This document shows, piece after piece, positions 45,523-52,605 of a stretch of 64,000 bases of DNA (positions are counted from its first letter, which is position 1; each line of letters begins with the position of its first letter). The notes beneath the pieces were generated by a model. It worked only from the letters and a program-made list of their open reading frames with translations, searched no databases and had not been told where the DNA came from. Origin of the DNA: Bacteroidia bacterium (GTDB lineage Bacteria > Bacteroidota > Bacteroidia > NS11-12g > UBA955); assembly GCA_023653095.1 (NCBI GenBank), contig JAMNXP010000003.1, positions 128,835 to 192,834 on the forward strand. The letters are read 5' to 3'. Made by a program: the position numbers and the translations under genes.

Positions 45523-45989
45523 TGATGAATACAACCAAACTATTCCTACTAATTTTCATATCACTAAAATTCAGCATTACAAATGCTCAATTAACTTCAA
45601 CCTTAGAAGGGCCACTTCAGGTAATTGGCAGCAATAAATTATCAGCTAAATTAAACTCAGGTGATATATTTGAGGCCGTATTTCACGTCCGCAATAACTC
45701 AACCGAAACCCAATACATAGCTCAGGTAGCACCCGATTGTGTGTGCACACAATTCGCCTTCCCTGAAAAAGGCATAGAAGCTGGAGCCACTGACAGTATT
45801 GTTTTGTTCTTGCAATCAAAAAATGTTCCTCCAGGTCCTTTCTTCAAAAGAGCTTTTGTAGATTATACCGAAGGTTCATTTGAACTTCAATTGGAAGGAG
45901 ATATCACTGTGATACGTCCAAAATACAAGCAAGGAGAAAAACCAATCATTTATCAACCCACGCAAATCAGAAAGGTTAACCAACAATGA
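45522..45989 (+). CDS. Divergent DUF1573-like secreted protein, paralog 3
   Basis: Signal peptide. FHVRNNSTETQYIAQVAPDCVCTQFAFPEKGI.AG has the same architecture, but the motif has changed to DCVCT. The start overlaps the stop of the SIMPL gene. Confidence 0.5.
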   Translation: MMNTTKLFLLIFISLKFSITNAQLTSTLEGPLQVIGSNKLSAKLNSGDIFEAVFHVRNNSTETQYIAQVAPDCVCTQFAFPEKGIEAGATDSIVLFLQSKNVPPGPFFKRAFVDYTEGSFELQLEGDITVIRPKYKQGEKPIIYQPTQIRKVNQQ

Positions 45990-46489
45990 GAACTGCAATA
46001 ATCGCCATAATTACTTTGTCAATCTTTGCTTGCAATACCCAACTTTCTTATTCGAACAAGGAAGTAAATACATCAACTAGCAATACAACTATTACAACCA
46101 CTACCAATACCACTATCATCCAAAATAACAGCAATAATCAAGCTCCAGTTGCTAAAAGTCCAATTCCAGATTCCCTCATTTGGAATGAAATGATTCACGA
46201 TTTCAAAGATGTACCCTCAGGACCACCTGCTAGAACCAAGTTCTATTTCATCAACACATCCAACAAACCCGTAACCATTACAGCATTACACCCAGGATGC
46301 AGTTGTACTGCTACCGAATTCACCAGAACCCCTGTTCAACCTAAAGATACGGGTTGGGTTACCGCCGATTATAAAACGTCAAACACTTTTGGAAGATTCA
46401 GAAAACACATTGATGTGTATTTTGATAAAAACCCCAACGGATACCACCTGATACTCACAGGTAACGTTGATGCCATGATGAAACCCTAA
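45986..46489 (+). CDS. DUF1573 domain lipoprotein, paralog 4
   Basis: Lipobox (SIFACN) and a T/N-rich linker. HDFKDVPSG...FYFINTSNKPVTITALHPGCSCTATEFTR.PV.P. ATGA overlap with paralog 3. Confidence 0.7.
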   Translation: MRTAIIAIITLSIFACNTQLSYSNKEVNTSTSNTTITTTTNTTIIQNNSNNQAPVAKSPIPDSLIWNEMIHDFKDVPSGPPARTKFYFINTSNKPVTITALHPGCSCTATEFTRTPVQPKDTGWVTADYKTSNTFGRFRKHIDVYFDKNPNGYHLILTGNVDAMMKP

Positions 46490-47514
46490 TTACTTGGGTT
46501 CAAAGTCTCAACTCCCATTTGTCCGCCGGTGTGATAAAAAAGCGTAGTTTCAGGATTTAACCGGCCTTCTTCAAAGGCTGACAGCATGGCAAAAAGCGCC
46601 TTACCCGTGTATACTTGATCAAAAATGATTCCCGTTTCTTTGCGAGCGGAATGCACGAGTTCTAAAAGTTCAGGGGTGGTTTTGGCATATCCCCCGAAAA
46701 TAAATTGATCGTTCAAATGGGTGAATTTACTCATCCAACGCTTCCATTCACTATCCACATATATTTTCCTATGTTCTTGTTCAGATGCATAAAATCGATC
46801 TTGCATTCGTTCTAAATTCTTGCGTTCATGTTCTACCAAGCCTTCAATGCTACAACTTCCACCTTCACCTTTATCATTAATGATATCAATGGTATTAGAA
46901 ATTTGCTCTTCGAGATTTTTCAAAACCAAAACGGACTCAATGTTGAAATTGAGCTTTTTATATTTCCGGAAATAAGCAAATCCCGACAAAGTAGTACCTG
47001 TGGCCGAGGCATGAACCACGGTTTCTGGCTCAAAATCTTTCCATGAATCAACCACCGAATGAAAACCGTTGGTTCCCCTGAAACCCCTACCCCCTTCAGG
47101 AATGATAAAGGGGAATTTTGAAATCTCAGACAAGTGTTCTTGAATCCAAGCATATTTGCTGCGGTAATCTTCCCTCGAAATAAAATACAAGCGCATCCCA
47201 AATTCTCGGCATTTCTGAAGGTAGTGATTGTCAAATCCTTCGTTTCCTCTAACAATGCCAATCACCGGCTTGGTTCGATCTTGAAAAAAAGCGGCGGTTG
47301 CCACCAAATGATTGCTGTAAGCACCCCCAAAGGTGATTATGGAATCAGAGGTTTGCCAAGCCATCAAATGTTCCCAACCCAATAATTTTCGAAGTTTATT
47401 CCCCGACACATAAGGATCTATCAAATCATCTCGCTGAATTCGAAAGGCATACTTCCTACCTCGAAAGGTTACTTCAATTTTTTGAATTTCGGTTTTACGG
47501 TTGGCTTGCCACAT
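46486..47514 (-). CDS. PLP-dependent ACC deaminase / D-cysteine desulfhydrase family protein
   Basis: YVSGNKLRKL (GNKxRKL lysine motif), GGAYSNH, ...GGYAK... and YTGKALFA. Confidence 0.7.
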   Translation of the reverse strand: MWQANRKTEIQKIEVTFRGRKYAFRIQRDDLIDPYVSGNKLRKLLGWEHLMAWQTSDSIITFGGAYSNHLVATAAFFQDRTKPVIGIVRGNEGFDNHYLQKCREFGMRLYFISREDYRSKYAWIQEHLSEISKFPFIIPEGGRGFRGTNGFHSVVDSWKDFEPETVVHASATGTTLSGFAYFRKYKKLNFNIESVLVLKNLEEQISNTIDIINDKGEGGSCSIEGLVEHERKNLERMQDRFYASEQEHRKIYVDSEWKRWMSKFTHLNDQFIFGGYAKTTPELLELVHSARKETGIIFDQVYTGKALFAMLSAFEEGRLNPETTLFYHTGGQMGVETLNPSN

Positions 47515-47559
47515 AAAAATCTTTCACAAAGGTACGGCTAATTAAATAGATTGTATATT

Positions 47560-47645
47560 CGCATCGCATTCGGGGTGCCTCTAAGGAGCGCTGAGATTAT
47601 ACCCGCTAACCTGCTCAGGATAATGCCTGCGGAGGGAAATGACCA
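47560..47645 (+). ncRNA. TPP (THI-box) riboswitch
   Basis: CGGGGUGCCUCUAAGGAGCGCUGAGAUUAUACCCGCUAACCUGCUCAGGAUAAUGCCUGCGGAGGGAAAUG. This matches the conserved GGGGUGC / CUGAGA / ACCC / ACCUG..GGAUAAUGCC.GCG.AGGGAA core. Confidence 0.9.
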
Positions 47646-47660
47646 GGAATTCCTGAGAAC

Positions 47661-47693
47661 ATCTCGAGTGCGTAAACCATAAACCATCGAGAT
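47661..47693 (+). promoter_or_regulatory. Hairpin abutting the start codon of the receptor gene (candidate expression platform)
   Basis: ATCTCGA-(19 nt)-TCGAGAT, a 7-bp stem. The 3' arm ends 1 nt before the ATG at 47694. Confidence 0.4.
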
Positions 47694-50012
47694 ATGAAAA
47701 AAGCAACTTATTTATTCGGGTTTTTTCTGGGGATATTGATTCTCCCTAACCAATCAAACGCACAATCAACAGACACGATCGCCAATGAAAAGAGCATTGA
47801 AGCCGTTCTTGTGCGAGCCTCCGCTCAAATTTCCAACATCTCAATAGGAACCACTCAAGTGGTGTATTCCAAAGAACTCCAAAGCAAAAACTTGGGACAA
47901 GACATTCCCATGATTTTACAGCATCAAACAGGAGTAATTTCTACTTCCGACGCCGGAAATGGGATTGGATACACGGGCATCAGAGTGCGAGGCAGCGATG
48001 CCACCCGAACCCAGGTCAACATCAACGGAGTACCCATCAACGATGCTGAAAGTCAAGGAACATTTTGGGTAAACATGCCCGATCTCGTTAGTTCCGCTCA
48101 GAATATCTCCATACAACGAGGAGTGGGTTCTAGCGTCTTCGGACCAGGCGCTTTTGGTGGTGCGGTTTTCATTCAAACAGAGTCCCCCGAAAAACAAAGC
48201 AGCCAAATAAACCTCAGTTACGGCAGTTTTAATACCCGAAAAATAACCTCCAAATGGAATTCTTCTTCTATCAAAATCAATGAAAACAGAAATCTAAAGC
48301 TTAGTGCTAGATTTTCCAATATTGCTTCTGACGGATTCATTGATCGCGCCAGCACCCAAATGTGGGGTTATTTATTTTCAGCCCAATTAGATGACAAAAT
48401 CACTAAAAATTGGAATCTAAAATTATTGGCTTTCGGTGGATTAGAAAGAACTTACCAGGCATGGTGGGGAATACCCATTGAGAAATTCAACTTGGGTAAT
48501 CCCAGTAATTCAGAAACCAGCGAGCAACCTCTCATTGACCACTATTACAGAAACATTCCCTATACCTATAGAAATGCTCAAGATTCGGTAAATCTATTTT
48601 CATCTGCATCAAACAGATACAACTATTACACCTACCCCGGTGAAACCGACAATTACCAGCAGCATCACATTCATTTATACTCAGATAAAAAGATCAATAA
48701 TCATTCACGCTTTACTGCTACCACCTATTACACATACGGAGCGGGCTATTTTGAGCAATACAGGCTCTCAGACGAACTATCTTACTATGGGCTACCCAAT
48801 ATCATTAACGGCACTGACACTTTGGAATCTTCACCCTTAGTTCGTCAACGATGGCTTCAAAATCACCTCATTGGCAGCAACTTGAATCTTTTCACTCAAT
48901 GGAATAAAACAAGTCTGCATTTTGGTCTAGGTGGAAGCCAATACATCGGACAACATTTTGGTGATGTGGTAAGTGTAGAAGCCCTTGGCGTTCAAAACCT
49001 TCCCAAAGAATATTACAGATCTTCAGGAAACAAAACCGATGTCAGTACTTTCATTAAAGTTCTAACTCCCTTATCATCCAATAGAACCAGCAGATGGAAT
49101 GCCTTTGCTGACCTTCAATACCGATTTGTTCATCACCTTGGAAAAGGATCTGACAATGATCTCCAGAATATTGATTTCAATCAAACCTTCCACTTCTTCA
49201 ATCCCAAAGCAGGAATAAATTATCAATCTTTAAATCAAACATTCACCGCTTCGGTGGCTGTATCAAACAGAGAGCCCACAAGAAGCGATTTTACGGATAA
49301 TAAATTCCAAGAAATCCCTAAACCTGAACGACTCATTGACTATGAAATACAGCACACCCTCTATTTGAAAAACACGCATTTGGCCACCAATCTTTACTAT
49401 ATGGATTATTTCAATCAGTTGGTGTTAACAGGGGCCGTAAATGACGTGGGAACTTCACTCAGAAAAAACGTAGCAAGAAGCTACAGAGCGGGACTTGAGT
49501 TGACACTACTGCAAAATTTATGGGCCAAAGGACAGCATCGCTTGAGCTTTTCAGGAAATTTAGCCTTGAGCCAAAATCAAATTAGGCAATTCACCGCATC
49601 ATGGCTCGATTATGCCACCTATGAACAAGTAGATTCTCAGTTCAACAACACTCCTATTGCTTATTCGCCCAATAGAGTTGCTGCGGCAGGACTCAATTAC
49701 TCTTACGGGAACCTCGACATTCAAGTATTAGAAAAATTTGTAGGCAGACAGTTTTTAGACAACACCGGCGATATTACCCGAAGCCTTGACGCTTACAATT
49801 TCACAGAAGTCTTCGTCAATTACAATCACACTTTAAAAAATAAAAGTCAACTTCAATTCAAGCTTCAAGTTTCGAATGCACTCAACAATTATTTTGCCAA
49901 CAACGGATACACTTGGGGGTACCTATACGGCAGCAGAGACGTCATTCAAGAAGTATTCGTCTTCCCAACCGCAATTAGGAACGTTACTTTTAGTTTAGGA
50001 TATCAGTTCTAA
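47694..50012 (+). CDS. TonB-dependent receptor (riboswitch-controlled; candidate thiamine or thiamine-precursor receptor)
   Basis: Signal peptide, a plug region (GIRVRGSDATRTQVNINGVPINDAESQG) and a C-terminal ...FSLGYQF. Directly downstream of the TPP riboswitch. Confidence 0.85.
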   Translation: MKKATYLFGFFLGILILPNQSNAQSTDTIANEKSIEAVLVRASAQISNISIGTTQVVYSKELQSKNLGQDIPMILQHQTGVISTSDAGNGIGYTGIRVRGSDATRTQVNINGVPINDAESQGTFWVNMPDLVSSAQNISIQRGVGSSVFGPGAFGGAVFIQTESPEKQSSQINLSYGSFNTRKITSKWNSSSIKINENRNLKLSARFSNIASDGFIDRASTQMWGYLFSAQLDDKITKNWNLKLLAFGGLERTYQAWWGIPIEKFNLGNPSNSETSEQPLIDHYYRNIPYTYRNAQDSVNLFSSASNRYNYYTYPGETDNYQQHHIHLYSDKKINNHSRFTATTYYTYGAGYFEQYRLSDELSYYGLPNIINGTDTLESSPLVRQRWLQNHLIGSNLNLFTQWNKTSLHFGLGGSQYIGQHFGDVVSVEALGVQNLPKEYYRSSGNKTDVSTFIKVLTPLSSNRTSRWNAFADLQYRFVHHLGKGSDNDLQNIDFNQTFHFFNPKAGINYQSLNQTFTASVAVSNREPTRSDFTDNKFQEIPKPERLIDYEIQHTLYLKNTHLATNLYYMDYFNQLVLTGAVNDVGTSLRKNVARSYRAGLELTLLQNLWAKGQHRLSFSGNLALSQNQIRQFTASWLDYATYEQVDSQFNNTPIAYSPNRVAAAGLNYSYGNLDIQVLEKFVGRQFLDNTGDITRSLDAYNFTEVFVNYNHTLKNKSQLQFKLQVSNALNNYFANNGYTWGYLYGSRDVIQEVFVFPTAIRNVTFSLGYQF

Positions 50013-51159
50013 TCAAAGAATCACTTAAAGGCATAACAATGCTCCAATTGGGATAGTTATTTTGCTCCAACTGTAGAGAAACTCCACTTTTAATCGCCTG
50101 AAATTCTTGAGATTCAGGCGATTTTTTTAACATTCGCGCAGCAATATTTTCAGCAATCGCTCTGCGAATATGCGCGTTGAAATGCTCGGTAGGATACCAT
50201 TGATCCGTGAAGTAAGAGCCCTTTTTCGCAGCATTTATTTCATTAGCCTCATTGAGGAAATAATTGTCTACGGTTTCAACTCCCCATTGCTTAAATCTCT
50301 CCATGAGAAAATCATGATTGGCATCCATAATTTTGACCAATTTCTCTCCAAACAATCGTTTTGCATGGTATCTATTCGGTGGAAGTACATGAAAAATCAG
50401 GTTTATTCCCTTGGCTTTACAAATATTCACTATTTCCTTTAAATCACTCACCCTCTGATTTTCGTCATCCAAAATAAATCCAAACTCCTTAATGTAGGCG
50501 CCCGCCATGGCTTTTATTTCGGGGGACAATTCACTGTGACAATTTTGGGCAATACCTTCATTCCAAAGCATAACCGTTTCTTCAGGAACGGGTAATTTTT
50601 GAGTTCTCCACCATTGCACCTTTAAACTCTCACGTTCCAACTCATTTCTATTGTCGTAGAAATGAAGTCCCATAAAAATCCGAGTTAACAAAGGAGGTCT
50701 CCTACTATAAAATAAAGCTTCGCGTTGATTGCTTGCCTCGTTGCCAGAAAACATGGCAGTAGGTCCACAGGTGCGCATATTTACACCCAATATGACTGTT
50801 TTACCCGATTGAACATCCTCAGGTAGTAAATTCAACATTTTCAAGAACAACCCTGGATGATATCCCTCATGGGTTATTTGCTCAACTCTGCGTCCATCTT
50901 GAATATACAGTTGCAAGAAATCACCAATGCTTTGATTCAGGGTATCGGTCCAAGGATTGAAACTGGTATTGCTGCTTTCTCCTAAGTAAATGATATCGCC
51001 CAGAGCAAAAGCCGAGTCGATTCGATTTTTAACCCTGCTATATTTTTGAACATCTCTTGGATACAAAGTGGATTTATAAATCTCGTTGAGAACTAATAAA
51101 AAGGCCACCACTACCAACAACCGAGTAAAAAACCAAACCCCTATTTTCTTTGCCATCAT
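49990..51159 (-). CDS. Membrane-anchored hypothetical protein, candidate SGNH/AlgJ/DltD-like partner of the MBOAT protein
   Basis: N-terminal TM anchor. IIYLGESSN may be an SGNH block-I-like Ser motif. The ATG at 51159 lies 1 nt after the MBOAT stop. The function call rests mainly on context. Confidence 0.4.
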   Translation of the reverse strand: MMAKKIGVWFFTRLLVVVAFLLVLNEIYKSTLYPRDVQKYSRVKNRIDSAFALGDIIYLGESSNTSFNPWTDTLNQSIGDFLQLYIQDGRRVEQITHEGYHPGLFLKMLNLLPEDVQSGKTVILGVNMRTCGPTAMFSGNEASNQREALFYSRRPPLLTRIFMGLHFYDNRNELERESLKVQWWRTQKLPVPEETVMLWNEGIAQNCHSELSPEIKAMAGAYIKEFGFILDDENQRVSDLKEIVNICKAKGINLIFHVLPPNRYHAKRLFGEKLVKIMDANHDFLMERFKQWGVETVDNYFLNEANEINAAKKGSYFTDQWYPTEHFNAHIRRAIAENIAARMLKKSPESQEFQAIKSGVSLQLEQNNYPNWSIVMPLSDSLIRTDILN

Positions 51160-51160
51160 C

Positions 51161-52588
51161 TTAGAACTGGAAATAAACAAATGGATGATTCACTGCACCA
51201 CCAAATAAAAGAATGGCAGTAAGCATAAACAAATAAACCGACCATCTCAATGCTAGATTTTGGTTGCCGAACCATTTATCGGCTCTATTCTTCATGATAA
51301 AATGATCAAATACAAATCCCACAGTCAAAAACAACCAAACCTGACTCTCTGCCGATAACTTCAATAATTCTGCCGCATTTGCGTTGCTAATATGAACTCC
51401 TTGAAATAAAATTCGATAAACATCAAAGCTCTGGTCTAGTGATTGAGATCTGAAAAAGACCAGTGTGATCATAAAAAAGAAACCTGTTTTCAGCCGTCTT
51501 AAAAACAATCCAACGGGATGTTCAGAACCTCTTCTTCCCACAATAAACCGGTCAAATAAATACAAGAGGCCTTGGCTCAATCCAAAATAAATCATGGTTG
51601 AATTGGCACCATGCCATAGTCCACTGGTAAAAAATACCAACAAAACCGAAAACGACAAGATCCATTTCCCACTCCTGTTCCCACCAACAGGAATAAAGAT
51701 ATAATCTCTAAACCAAGTACTCAAACTGATATGCCATCTATGCCAAAATTCGGGAACGCTTCCAGCCAAAAAGGGCTTGTTGAAGTTATCCATGAGGTCT
51801 ATACCAAACAGAAGCGCTGCACCCTGAGCCATTAACGAATATCCAAAGAAATCATAATAAACCTGAAAGGTAAACATGAACGCAGCCAACCATGTAGAAG
51901 CCCCTGTATACTGCAAATGATTGCTGTAAAACTGATCAACCACACCGGCTAAGTTATCTGCAACGGCTACTTTTAAAAACAAACCATACAACAACAGTCT
52001 ACCGCCGTTTTTCAAATCTTCCAACTGGGGCGAGTATTTTGCGAATAACTGAGTATGTAATTTACCGAAACGCTCAATTGGGCCTGCCACTAACTGCGGA
52101 AAGAACGAAACAAAGAGCATGAATTTAATAGGGTTATTCTCAGGAACCTCTTCACCCCGGTACACATCTACAACATAGCTGATACTCTGAAACGTATAGA
52201 ACGAAATCCCTGCGGGAATGGTATACTTACCCAATTCAATGATCCAAGCGGTTTCATTGTGGTGATATAACGCATCGGCAATCCAAGATTTCCCCAAAGC
52301 AAAATTGAAATACTTGAACATGAAAAGCAGAAACAAATCAGTACCTATGGCAAACCACATCCAAAACAACCGAACCGATTTTACCGAACTCTTGTGCAAC
52401 TGCCGTGCTGAAAACCAATCCAATAAACTGGTTAGGAGCATCAGTCCTGCAAACTCAATCTTCCAAAATCCGTAGAAAAAATAGCTGGCCAACAACATCC
52501 AGACCCAACGAATTCGCTGAGGCAGGGCGAAATACAGCAGCCAAACTACCGGTAGAAAAATCCAAAACTCGAGCGAGTTAAACAGCAC
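51161..52588 (-). CDS. MBOAT family O-acyltransferase (AlgI/DltB-like)
   Basis: Polytopic membrane protein with FWHRWHISLSTWFRDYIFIP (conserved His signature) and FFPQLVAGPIER. Confidence 0.88.
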   Translation of the reverse strand: MLFNSLEFWIFLPVVWLLYFALPQRIRWVWMLLASYFFYGFWKIEFAGLMLLTSLLDWFSARQLHKSSVKSVRLFWMWFAIGTDLFLLFMFKYFNFALGKSWIADALYHHNETAWIIELGKYTIPAGISFYTFQSISYVVDVYRGEEVPENNPIKFMLFVSFFPQLVAGPIERFGKLHTQLFAKYSPQLEDLKNGGRLLLYGLFLKVAVADNLAGVVDQFYSNHLQYTGASTWLAAFMFTFQVYYDFFGYSLMAQGAALLFGIDLMDNFNKPFLAGSVPEFWHRWHISLSTWFRDYIFIPVGGNRSGKWILSFSVLLVFFTSGLWHGANSTMIYFGLSQGLLYLFDRFIVGRRGSEHPVGLFLRRLKTGFFFMITLVFFRSQSLDQSFDVYRILFQGVHISNANAAELLKLSAESQVWLFLTVGFVFDHFIMKNRADKWFGNQNLALRWSVYLFMLTAILLFGGAVNHPFVYFQF

Positions 52589-52605
52589 CCGTCAAAGATA
52601 ATTGA

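Noticed and set aside
47645-47656. CAGGAATTCCTG, a 12-nt perfect palindrome after the TPP aptamer, considered as a protein operator or terminator.
   Set aside because: No T-run follows, and it lies inside the riboswitch expression platform. It is most simply part of alternative RNA pairing. I make no independent claim about it.
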